Shown: one piece after another, positions 1 through 10,905 of the stretch
Position numbering within the stretch: position 1 is the first letter of the stretch
Layout of the letters: each line of letters starts with the position of its first letter
Assembly: GCA_048013815.1 (NCBI GenBank)
Contig: CM106586.1
Span: 7,564,001 to 7,628,000, forward strand
Direction of reading: 5' to 3'
Length of the DNA stretch: 64,000 nt
Source of the DNA: Setoptus koraiensis
Lineage: Eukaryota > Animalia > Arthropoda
The notes under the pieces: model-generated
What the model was told of the DNA's origin: nothing
The model's database searches: none
What the model saw: the letters and a program-made list of their open reading frames with translations, nothing else
Program-made: the position numbers and the translations under genes

Positions 1-1130
1 ATTTCCTATTGGCCATTACGCGCTCTCAGCCGGCAAGTTTAGTGGGCCTCGCCAGTCTGCTGGAGTGCTGCACAATACAACGCGATGCCAATTCTGGTCG
101 CAAGTAGCGCTTCTCGCGAACTGCCAACTCAAACTCGTCCAACAACCAAACCCTCTAATGAATATCCCGACAACTCGGGGCCCGCGCTCGCCTTTCCGGC
201 CCAAAATTTGGGCCAAAAAAGATCACGCATCATTTGCCAGGGTAACAATAAACGGGGCCCGCCGACGGCACAGGTGACATCATGTATGTTTAGTGCACAT
301 TCACTATATATTAAGCACATTTACTAGATATTAAATGTTATAATATATGTTCATTATATCAAAACAAGCCTCGTCGGTCGGCTGCAAACGGACCGGCCGG
401 CCACCCGGAGAGGCGTGTGTGTCGCGCCAGTGACGAAAGCGCGTCGAGTCGATCGCTGAACGCGCGCACTTAATTGTCGTATCAATTAACTGACACAGCC
501 CAATTTGGCTCCGAATTTGGGCCGTATCAGAGTTAGCCGAAATTGTCGCGTCGGCGCGCCTCACACTTGTCAGAATCATCTGATCATTCGATGACAATTA
601 GACAGGTACCTGGCGCGACAAAGAACGGGGGTGCAACCGGGGTCTGCGGGTCGGTCGGCCAGGGCCAGCCGAAACAAGGCTGCAAATGCAGCAGCCGGCA
701 GCTTGACATTGTGATGCTGGCCAATTGTGCACGTCGGCCCGTTATCTGGGCCCATCAATCTAGTTGAATGGCTATTTGTTTGCGCAGACACACAATGCAG
801 CAACATGTCAGACAACGGGCACAGCTGATTGATCATGATGGCCGTGATTTATTGTAATTAAGCACGTCGAATTATCACCTACACACACACACACACTGTC
901 GGAATAGAGGTAGCAGAACGCAAACGAGATCGCGGTATCATCTGGGTCCAGGGTGAGCGCCAACACGGGCCGGCAACGTGATAATGATCATGATACAAAC
1001 CAATTGAACCAATTGCGGCATCACGACAACACAAACGCTTTGTTTGTTCGCCTGTTCCTCTGTTTTCTCTGCTCGCATGGATTAAGATTGATCGGTGCGG
1101 CCTGCCCGCGTTTTCAACGGTATTTCACCT

Positions 1131-1190
1131 TTTGCCTGCATTTGCCTGCATTTGCCTGCATTTACCTGTATTTACCTGTGTTTACCTGTG
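1131..1190. repeat. Degenerate 10-bp tandem array, 6 units (TTTGCCTGCA x3 drifting to TTTACCTGTG)
   Basis: Units read directly from the sequence. Confidence 0.9.
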
Positions 1191-1650
1191 TTTGGCCGGA
1201 GTGTTGTAACGCAGCGCACTAGTTGGCGCGTTACAAAGGTGCTATCGGTCGCTTTCGGTCGCTATCGGGCCCGAATAGCACCATTGGTAGCGTCAAATAA
1301 TATTATTACATGTATTATAAAACTGTGGCGCTAAATGAGCGTGAGCGTGGGTGATTCTTTTATCTCATATCTTTTCTAAACACGCCAGCAGCGTGCTTTG
1401 TAATAATAGTGGCATGTAATAGCACGATAATAGTTCAATCTTGTTGCTGCTAGTTAAAATAGCTGTGAAACGGTTTAAACAAGTGCAACAACACATTGCA
1501 TCACCCGCGAACAAATTTATTTTTGTTGTGTATCATTATCGATTGGTGCTGGTGGCTTGATCGCCCGCGGCCACTGCCGCATGCACCCGACCGCTTTAGC
1601 TGTCTTGTGCATGAGTTCAACCGCAACACCAACACCACCACTGATCCGGG

Positions 1651-1710
1651 ATACCGCGCGATGCTGCGGGATACTGCGGGATGCTGCGGGATACCGCGCG
1701 ATGCTGCGGG
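1651..1710. repeat. Degenerate 10-bp tandem array, 6 units (ATGCTGCGGG / ATACCGCGCG)
   Basis: Units read directly from the sequence. Confidence 0.85.
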
Positions 1711-2681
1711 ATATGCATACCGCTCGCGCGAACAACCGGACAAACTTGAACAAACAATGCACCGCTCGAGGCCAACTGCAAGCGCCCCCGACCGTCAGAG
1801 TGTGGCGATCGCATGGCGATCGTCAGAGTCCGATCATCGGAGTGTGATGCTCGCAAGCGGTCAGTCGCACGCGAGCCGTTGCCGCGCGCGCCTCCGCGAC
1901 CAATCGCGAAACATAACGGGCTATCTTTCGCCGACGACGTTGGCCCAACTTTTGTTGCTGCCTGGCGCTTGGCGAGCGGCCGAACGCAACTTGCGCCAGC
2001 ACGAACACGACACGAACATCGCACGGATATCGCACCGACATGGCACGGACATGGCACGGACAGCGCTGCACGAACGACACAACGCGAGCTCGGGTGCCAA
2101 TAAGACATGCGGACACATAGCAATTAGAGCGAGTTGCCGCGGTGGGCGCATTGGCGCGTCTCTCGCCCGTGCGATGCCCTCGAACGATGCGACACAACAG
2201 GCGGCAACAACGGGCCATTCGTCGTGGCCGGACAGCACACACAGGTATCGCGCTGCACTGATTGATTATGTAACAATGGCAGCGTTTTGTAATTGGCGAC
2301 ACAGCGCCAACCGCATCCCGTCCGCCGTCCGGTGACGACCGCGCGAATAATGTCGCCCCCAACACAACGATAATGACAGTTCGACCGGCCCCTTGAGTTA
2401 TCGCTGGCCGGCGCATTGTTGTTGGCCGAGTTATTGTTTATCTGTTTTCAATCATGACACGAAGTGCGCCGTAATGGTCGCCAGTGGCCGCTGGCCGGTT
2501 ATGCTCAATTTGAGTGTCTAATTACAATTGCGCTTCATTATTATTAGTGCGCCGCTGTGCGGCCACTACCGGTAACCGCTGACCGGCACCGGCCGACATG
2601 CCGACTTAATGGGCCCCAATGTTGCTCCGTGCGGCCAGATGTTGTGTTTGTGCGCCGGCCACCACCTGACCCGCTTACAGC

Positions 2682-2713
<32 letters not shown>

Positions 2714-4127
2714 CGACCGCAGCAAGCAGTGGGGCTCCTCGCAAGTCAAACGCGCCGGCGGCCAGTTCATATAGCCGGCGCGCGTTCGAATTGGTTGCGG
2801 CGAATCCGGCGCGCGTGCAAAAACACAATGACAATGGCTCCACGGGCCCGAGGTGAACGCGTGTTAATTGTTGTTGCTGTTGTTGTTGTGCGCATCGCTG
2901 GATGCTCATTGTGTTGCTCATCATGACACATTTAATATATGGGCATGCAACTCGACAGCGACCACCGCGCCAACGGCGCAAAGTGGACAGTGCACAAAAC
3001 GACGAGTTGCAAAACGAGAGCAGCCGCATTGTTGGCTGCAAAATGCGCTTATTGTGTGATGCGACACAGTGTGCACCAGTTGTGCATAAAGGAACCAGAT
3101 ACAAATAAAAGAATGAGAGCACACAATTGTTGTCCGGCTTGTCGTTGGCTGCAGCCAGCAGCATTGTCAGCTGCTCACAGGCTGACAATGCCGGCTCAAC
3201 TGGGGCCAAATTGATTGATTTTGATTTGTGTCTCTCGGATCGTGCGCGCAAACGGCGGCCAACGGACAATAATAATGTTTTGTGTTTTGCGAGTTGCAAA
3301 CAAAAAGTTGGCCAATCTTGTTCACTGTATATTTGCTGCCGCTGTTGTTGTTGTTGTTGTTGAGTTTGCTCACGTGTCGCGCTGATTAACAGGCACTTTG
3401 TTAACGGGCCGGCACTGATCGGCCGGCCACTTTCTAAGGTGCTCCAGTTACGCTTGCAAGCTGCGGTCTGTGTGCCCCGGCACGGGCCGGCACGATGGCG
3501 CATGTCGCGGTCGCGGCTAGAGGCGAAAGAGTTGACAATTGATGAATGGCGGTGAAATTGTCGCCGGCGCTTGCGACACACAATTTATCACTGTTTGCGC
3601 CAAACGGGGCGCCATAAATCAGCGAGCAACGTTGTGCGAGCTCGTGTGCGTGTGCATGTGGGCCGTTCGGGGGCCTTGCTTGCGCTCGCGACTCGCGAGA
3701 GCAACAGTGCTGCCTCCGGTGTGCGGGCCCGCTCAGTCGGCGCGCAGCGGATCCCGGCCGGTGTGCCGCATCACCTGCACACTTGGGCCCGTCGGATGTG
3801 CGCCCGGCCGGATATCGGCTCGGCGGCACAGTGCGCCGCCGATCAACTGACTGAGAGTTGTCCAGTGGACAATCTCTCGCGCTCGCTTACCGAGCCCGCT
3901 GGCAATCGCTCGTCGTGCGTCTTGCACCTGAGCACCGTGAGCGCGGCGTGGATACTTCATATTATTACATTGCTCGTGCCGTGGCCATCGTGCGAATGTC
4001 GTCAGCATCCAATATCCCCAATATTGGGGCATTTCGGGGCTGTCGATGATGTCGATGATGGGATTGTTGGGGTGCTGGGAATATTGGGATTGTTGGGGAG
4101 ATCGGGCGAGACCGCCAGCGTACTTAC

Positions 4128-4215
4128 CGAGCGAGGGCGCCGCCTGGCCCGCGGCGGGCTGGCTGCTGTGGAACATGATCCATAGGTCGATGATGGTGAG
4201 TACGAATAGGTGCAT
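4128..4215 (-). CDS. Probable first coding exon (partial gene) of a secreted or membrane protein: MHLFVLTIIDLWIMFHSSQPAAGQAAPSL-G; alternative in-frame ATG at 4359
   Basis: 26 of 29 codons end in G/C. Hydrophobic N-terminal stretch. Consensus donor G|GTAAGT at 4128/4127, phase 1. No downstream exon identified; it may lie left of the window. Confidence 0.5.
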
Positions 4216-4679
4216 GGCGAGCTTGTTGGTGCTGTTGATTGTTGCGTGCGTCTTGCTTTTGTTTCTGGTGCCGGTGGCTCGGGTGCAGCTGCACCGAGTT
4301 GCACCTTCGGGTGGGCCGAGCGTCGGCCGTCCAGCAACGAGCGCGTTGCTGGCCTGCATAACAAACACTGGCGTTGACGGTTCGTTGGTTTGTCTCAATA
4401 TCGCTATAATCTAATGCTTGCGTCGGCGACCGTCAGGGGTCATTTTGCGTTCGTTGGAGACTGGCGTTTTGCGTTCATTCGGCTTGCGTTCATTCGGCTT
4501 GTGGTTTGCGTTCATTCGGCTTGCGGTTTGCGTTCATTTTGCCGGCATTTCGCTTGCGATTTATTTTTATTTTGCACATGCAACTGGCTGGCTGTCTTGC
4601 ATTCTGTTGTCGCTTGCTGCTTCGGCACTGATCACACTGATTGATACTTGCTGTTGCTGAACTGTTGCGGTCGGTTGCC

Positions 4680-4809
4680 GAGCACTAATTAATCGATGAA
4701 CCGGCGAGCACTTATGAGTCGATGAATCGGCGAGCACTAATTAATTGACGAATTGACGAGCACTGATTAATCGACGAATTGACGAGCACTGGTTAATCGA
4801 TGAATTGAC
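4680..4809. repeat. 26-bp minisatellite, 5 degenerate units (GAGCACTAATTAATCGATGAATTGAC-like)
   Basis: GAGCACT starts at 4680, 4706, 4732, 4758 and 4784. No unique spacers. Confidence 0.9.
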
Positions 4810-7393
4810 ACACAATTGAGCGCTTATCTGGCGGCCGAATATTCAATTATTGATTGCTAATTATTTAATTATTAATTACTAATTATTCAATTATTAACTA
4901 GATCTAACTAATTCGGCGGGCACGTGAGTGGCGACCGCAACTGAGTCACTGGTGCCAATTGCAACCGATGGCGAACTGTTGTGGCTACAAGTAGAATTTG
5001 GTCAACATTCCATTTCTGCACACACACATTCGGTGAGTTGTCGAATTTAATCGTCGAGCACACACACACACACACACAAATTTCACAATTCGATTATCGA
5101 ATTTCTGCGCGCACCGAAGAGAAAAACGTTCAGTGTCGAGTGGCCGTCGGCTGTTGGTCGAATGAGCGAGCGAGTCAAGTCGCCCAACGAACTATGCATG
5201 CCAGCCAACGTATGCGAACATTCGAATAATGGCACACACACACACGCTGCAAATCAACTAGCGAGTGCGCACTGCGCACTCGCCGCGCGCACCCTGCACC
5301 AACAACAGGCACACATTGCACCGATCGAGTTGAGTTGGTGCCGACGGTGGCGCCGCCGCGCGCCCGCCACCGCAACCCGCGCCAGCCCCCCGAATTCAAC
5401 CCGATTGACAGTGTCAATTTGACACAGCGATTCGCAAACGGCCGTTTGCGCAGCCATCGACTTGTTGTCGATCCCAATCGTTTTACCCGTCGGTCCCCAA
5501 TTGAGCCCGTATCCGTGCGTGTGCCGTATACGCGTGGCATGCGCACGGATCGGGTCCGACGATCGACGTCTGACGATGCCGTGGTCCGACGATCGTCTGA
5601 TCAAATCAGTTATGACGGTGGATAATCCAGCCGCGACTGCAGACTCCCTAGTGCAGACTCTGCTGTACAGTCTGCGGTGCACTCGATTGCTCGTCATTAG
5701 CATGCGAGTTTTGTTTGGCATCAACGTGATTTCATCATTACTAATTTGCTGCTGCTCTATGTGACCATTTGGAACTGTTGTTGTCGTCGTCCGCCATTCG
5801 AAATTATCACCATTATCATTGATAATTTCGATTTGCGCTCAACTGCCTGCTTGGCCGCCTAAGCCTGCGGCAGGCAGTTGCGATAAGCGATAAGTGACTG
5901 CAAAACTGCAATCAACCAGACCGATCATGATCAACTGGTGATAACGTAGCTGGATGACAACCAGCCTCAGGAAAGGTTTCAGCAAGGCCCGTGGATGTCC
6001 ACTCCAATAAGTAGGCGACAGGCACAGATTGCCATTGTTGGCAATCAAGCTGGCAAATTGCAACGAAAGCTCCAGCGATGACTGGTGGCCGCTTAACTGG
6101 CCACTGGCCCGTGTTGTTTTGGCTCCGCCATCGGATGCTATTTATACATATCGCATTGATGGATAAACAGATTCCACTGTGTGTTCGTGTGTGTGTGTGT
6201 GTTTGTGCCTGTGTGTGCTGGTGTGTAAATAAGATTGGAACTTTGGAGTCCTGAGTTGGAGCCCGATGTTTGGAGCGCAAAGCTGCACTCCAAAGGCTCC
6301 TATCGAGACTAGGATGCTGGCTCAAACGATCACCATTATTGGCGTGCCCGCTGTGTACGTGCATCAAAATGGGCGCGTGTTAGCGCGTGCTGTCCCTTCC
6401 TCTGGTCATTTGCCTATTTGCCATTATTATTATTATTATTGTTGTTGTTGTTGCTGGCTGCTTCTGCTGTCGGTATCGCTGCTGTTGCTCGTATCATCAT
6501 TATCAGATGGGACGCACAGCGTATAGATTCGGCATAGCTGGTAATCGAATATGGCGAGTAGTTGTAGTAGCAACAAATTGACATTCAATCTGAAACTATG
6601 AACCCTCGTCGACACGATAATCGGCATCTCCGGAGGATGCAGTTCGCTGATAAGAATAGGCGCGACACGGAACATTCAATCTGTGGCCCTGAATCTGGAC
6701 GCGGGCCGAATGCGGCTCATAGGCGGACCGTCTCGTTCTGTTGTGCTCTCTCTCTCTCTCCCTCGGAACACTGTTATAACAAGCGCTGGCTTGAGCGAAA
6801 TTCACTTATTTCACCAGACGAACAGTTAACAGCAGCAACCGCTTCGGCTAATAACAGACGAGCGCGGATGGATCAGATTCAATTCTGCAAATGGTATCCT
6901 ATCCACGTTGCTATTATTGCTATTATTGCGCTGCTTGGCGCACGTGCCAGCGCCGCCGCGTTGCCCAACAACGATCGTGTGCATCATGACTGTAATTATT
7001 AGCCATTACAACGTTGATTATAACAAACTATTGTACAACAACAGCAACAACAACTGTGGCAACCATCGCGAGAGCGAACACGATTGATCGGCACCAATAC
7101 GCTTATGTATCACTCATGTCCGCCCTGTAACTTGTCTATGCCGCATACTATCTGTTCATGATATGCGTTTGCTCTGAAGAGCCGTCGTCGTCGCCCACCC
7201 TCATCATGGTACAGCATTCCGTGTGCATCGACACGTATTTAGGGCCGACTGCAGAGGTGAACTTTGCAAATTGTTATCGGATATTTATAATGCGGTACAG
7301 TCGCATGTGCAGTTTACCAGGAACTCGCGAAAATTGAGAGTTGCAACGCTAGATAACAGCTCGCAACACCCGAGAAACTCGATCCATACTCAC

Positions 7394-7533
7394 GCTGCTC
7401 TGCAATATTCTGAATAATGGTCGCTGAATCATGGCCACGAGCTGCGAGTGTGAGGGCTGCCCACGGACGCGCCGCAAGCCAATTGCCATTTGCGAGCGAA
7501 AGTTGTCTTATATCCGTATTGCGCAAGTGTTGA
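7394..7533 (-). other. Candidate internal exon, 140 nt (QHLRNTDIRQLSLANGNWLAARPWAALTLAARGHDSATIIQNIAEQ)
   Basis: Acceptor TTTCACCTAG| and donor C|GTGAGT; only one of the three frames is open across it. A phase-compatible acceptor (CCTCTGCAG|) lies at 7248. No codon bias and no recognised family. Confidence 0.3.
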
Positions 7534-8206
7534 CTAGGTGAAAGTCATTAATAATTATGGCTGCAATGCGTGCGCGCCATTAACCCGGGCCGTGTCAGTC
7601 AGCTTGCTAACTGCCGCGCCAGTCAAATTGCAGCCAATCTGTCCAGCATTCGGCATGTCGGGCTTCCGCATTTGTCGGGCCGGCCGGGCGGACAAATGCG
7701 GGCAACAAGTGCGACAAGGTCGCAAGTTGCGCGCCTGGCAATGCGAAAATTGGGGCCCTACGACGGCCGAGACTCTCATCTCGAGAGCCTCAACTTGAGA
7801 GGCGCGAGGCCGGCCCATTGGCGCCAGTTGCTCGCACTGGCCGCTTGTCGGTCGAGTGGCAGGCGCCGTTGTAGTGGCGGTAATATTGAAGCAGTTTGCA
7901 CTCGAGTGCGCCAAGACATTCCCATTGACGGGTGCAAAGAACTTGACTCATCGCCTGCGAGTGCAACACTCGGCCCACCCTCTAGCGGTGAATTTGCACA
8001 TTTGACCAAACAGCCGTGGATGCGGCCGTGTCGCTGCCCCGGGTTCATGTGTCGCACATTTACCGCGGCCGAGTATTTGGTGTCCACAATGGTCCGGCTT
8101 GAATTGAGCGGCCGCAACAAGCGCTTCGGCGGCCAAAGGTGCACAAGCAAGCACGTGGCAGGGAGCGTCGGCTGGAACGGTCGGCACAATCGCAAATGTG
8201 TGACCA

Positions 8207-8301
8207 ATATTCACGCAAATATAACATATTCACGCAAATATAACATATTCACGCAAATATAACATATTCACGCAAATGTAACATATTCACGCAAATATGA
8301 C
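8207..8301. repeat. 19-bp minisatellite, 5 units (ATATTCACGCAAATATAAC), about 300 bp upstream of the WD40 gene
   Basis: Three perfect units and two single-variant units, read directly. Confidence 0.95.
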
Positions 8302-8602
8302 ATGCGAATATGCAAGGTATTCACGCGTGCGCGGCCACTATTCACTGGGCGCAGTGTGCGCCACAGCGACCACAAAACTGTTACAGACGCACAGGTACAG
8401 CAGTGTGCCGAAAATTCCATTGGGCGTCGAGTGTGTGTGTGTGTGTTGTGGAATAAACTGCTGCTTTGTGCTGGCTACTGTTCCGTGGTGAATACAAAAT
8501 CACACGCTTGCAAATATCACCATTGTCGACCGTCCATGATGATGATGATACACAAAGGCGATTATCGACTTCTGCTGGCCCATTTGCATTTAATGAATCG
8601 AT

Positions 8603-10294
8603 ATGAATATTTTTTCAAGAAAAAACAACAACGGAAACATTGTTTGCAAATTGCGTCACCGCAGAATCAATAGTAAGCCGCACGTCAATCATGAGCTCCA
8701 TTCAAGACTGCCACTCAATTGTTTTACCCAATGGCAATTGCAAAAAATTGTCAGGGGCCACCAGGAAAGCATCAATTGTATTATATTCGACAACACGGGT
8801 CATTATGTGTTCACTGGCGGCGCGGAGAAATTCATCAAGGTTTGGCTCACTACCACCGCTCAGCTGTTATTTACGTTCAGGGGTCACGAGGATGAAGTGT
8901 CCGCTCTGGCCATCAATCAGGAAAACACGCTGCTTGCCAGCGGTAGCCACGACAAAACTGTTCGCATATGGAATCTGAGCTCGGGCTCTTGCGTATGCTG
9001 TCTATACGGAGCGGGCGACATCATCACCAAGGTGAGATTTCATCCCACCAACGGGGCCAGTGTGTTCCGTTTTGTAGGGGCCACAACATTGGACAGTCGT
9101 CTCATATCGTGGATATATCGCGACAGAAAAAACGCTTGGCTATTCAGCAACCCCAAGCATCCTTACGTTATTTCCGAATTATCGCACAAAACATTCTCAT
9201 GCGCCTCATTTAGCGCCAGCGGATCATATCTGGCCGCCGTGTCGACTCACAATCACACAATTGTTATTTTTGCACTATACTCTGATCTACTAAAGACTGT
9301 ATTTAAGGAATCAACAAATATATCTCACCAAGTAATTCAAGATCTCCAATTCAGTCACAATGACACTCGTTTTGTTAGTGTCGCGGAACAAGGTATTCTC
9401 ACCCTTTGGCGTCCGGACAATAAATTATCCAAATGGAAGAAGAGTTTGTTACACCAGGCGCACAAAGTCAATGACTGCTACGACTCTTACGCTCAACGAG
9501 GCAGCTTCATCCGCTGGTCCATCGACAACAAGCACATTGTCATTATAGGAAACCAGGGAAAAATTGGAGTGTGGAAGTCAGCTACATGCCAACTAGCTCA
9601 TGTACTTTATCCAAAAAGTCAAATTGACATAGATACCATAGAAGTTCATCAAAAAAATCCCGAAATATTAATGAGTTTAGACTTAGTATCCTGTATCAAA
9701 TTATGGAACATAGAGACTGGACAACAAATAGCCTGCTACAATGATGATCGTCAATGTCCGAAGCCTATCTTACTCACGTGCTCATTCTCACCACACGGAC
9801 AAATGTTCGCCTCTGTAGATATAAAAGGTAACTTGTACTTATACGGCATAGGAAGTAATCAACTCTATGACCAAGTACCAACAGAAATGTTCTTCTCAAC
9901 AGATTATCACGAGGTATGGTGTTTAGAAAATGAAAACGGAACTTTCGTCACGGATGCCTATGGGTTAGTAGCCCCCAGTTTGATGCCAAAACCGACACTG
10001 GTAGACGTCTGTAGTCATCCGTATCCAGATATATTCCAGCGGCTCGTCCCTGAAAGAAATCAGCCCATATTGGCGCCCATGTCAAATTTCCTATTGAATC
10101 TCTCTTATGGCCGAGTGCAGAATTTGATTGAATCAGAAAAATTCAATGTTAGAAACCACTTTCCCAAGGAAGAGATTCGACAAATTGACGAATTCAGAGA
10201 CAGCGAAGGAGAACATCGCATTGATGGCGAAATCGTGAGTCTCACTAATAGCGAGATAGACTATATCGTCGATGTTGAACTGATTGATGATTGA
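8603..10294 (+). CDS. BRWD3: BRWD3/PHIP/BRWD1-family WD40-repeat protein, 563 aa, intronless, lacking bromodomains
   Basis: WD repeats GHQESINCIIFDNTGHYVFTGGAEKFIKVW and FRGHEDEVSALAINQENTLLASGSHDKTVRIW parallel PHIP ([62 protein letters not shown]). The family-specific post-WD segment EMFFSTDY...APSLMPKPTLVDVCSHPYP...QRLVPER matches QFFHTDY...APHLMPPPFLVDVDGNPHP...QRLVPGRE. Matches are from memory. Confidence 0.85.
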   Translation: MNIFSRKNNNGNIVCKLRHRRINSKPHVNHELHSRLPLNCFTQWQLQKIVRGHQESINCIIFDNTGHYVFTGGAEKFIKVWLTTTAQLLFTFRGHEDEVSALAINQENTLLASGSHDKTVRIWNLSSGSCVCCLYGAGDIITKVRFHPTNGASVFRFVGATTLDSRLISWIYRDRKNAWLFSNPKHPYVISELSHKTFSCASFSASGSYLAAVSTHNHTIVIFALYSDLLKTVFKESTNISHQVIQDLQFSHNDTRFVSVAEQGILTLWRPDNKLSKWKKSLLHQAHKVNDCYDSYAQRGSFIRWSIDNKHIVIIGNQGKIGVWKSATCQLAHVLYPKSQIDIDTIEVHQKNPEILMSLDLVSCIKLWNIETGQQIACYNDDRQCPKPILLTCSFSPHGQMFASVDIKGNLYLYGIGSNQLYDQVPTEMFFSTDYHEVWCLENENGTFVTDAYGLVAPSLMPKPTLVDVCSHPYPDIFQRLVPERNQPILAPMSNFLLNLSYGRVQNLIESEKFNVRNHFPKEEIRQIDEFRDSEGEHRIDGEIVSLTNSEIDYIVDVELIDD

Positions 10295-10353
10295 TAGTAC
10301 TAATTTATTTTTGTAAATTTTATAAAATATGAGAAACAGATTAAAATTATTAA

Positions 10354-10905
10354 TTAATATGGCAACATTTTTAACTCCTTGATGTATATCTGGTACTCGT
10401 CGTTGGCCAGAACAGCTCCACGTTTTTTATAGAATGAGATACCGGCTTCATTGTTGTTCATATAGGGTACATCAATACGCGATACTTTAACGGAATGAGC
10501 ATGTTCAACCAAAGCATCGAACAGTTTTTGTCCAATTTTGCAGCGTCTATAGGGTTCTTCGATGAAAAAAGAGGTGATATATAATCTTCTACCTTCGACG
10601 ATTGAATAAGAGTTGTGGTATATCATATATCCCACAATGCGACTGCACGGTTCCGCTTGTCGCGCGTCTGTTGTATTTATTTCGGCTAGAATGACGAAAG
10701 TTCCGTTATTATTAGGTCTATGTTGTTTTCCATAAAATAGTTCCTTCCTTAGATCATCCGCCCCAGGACACCGGTGTTCGTTAGCCATTTTTTGGTGTAC
10801 CTTCAGCATGTAGATGAGCTGTGCCACCCGATCACAATCGTCGTAATTCATGTGTCTGATGTTTACGTTGGGTATTGCTGATTCACTTTTTTCCTTTGCC
10901 TCCAT
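10354..10905 (-). CDS. GNAT acetyltransferase of the diamine/thialysine N-acetyltransferase (SAT1/SAT2) type, 183 aa, intronless
   Basis: Motifs IRHM..DDC..V..LI, IVGYMIYHNSYS..EGRRLYI..FFIEEPYRR..IG..L and N..GISFYKKRGA follow the SAT1/SAT2 layout. AATAAA on the minus strand at 10304-10309. Confidence 0.8.
   Translation of the reverse strand: MEAKEKSESAIPNVNIRHMNYDDCDRVAQLIYMLKVHQKMANEHRCPGADDLRKELFYGKQHRPNNNGTFVILAEINTTDARQAEPCSRIVGYMIYHNSYSIVEGRRLYITSFFIEEPYRRCKIGQKLFDALVEHAHSVKVSRIDVPYMNNNEAGISFYKKRGAVLANDEYQIYIKELKMLPY

Noticed and set aside
1496-3581. ORFs 1496-2335 (+, 279 aa) and 2544-3581 (-, 345 aa)
   Set aside because: They translate tandem and (CA)n/(TTG)n repeats and contain no recognisable domain.
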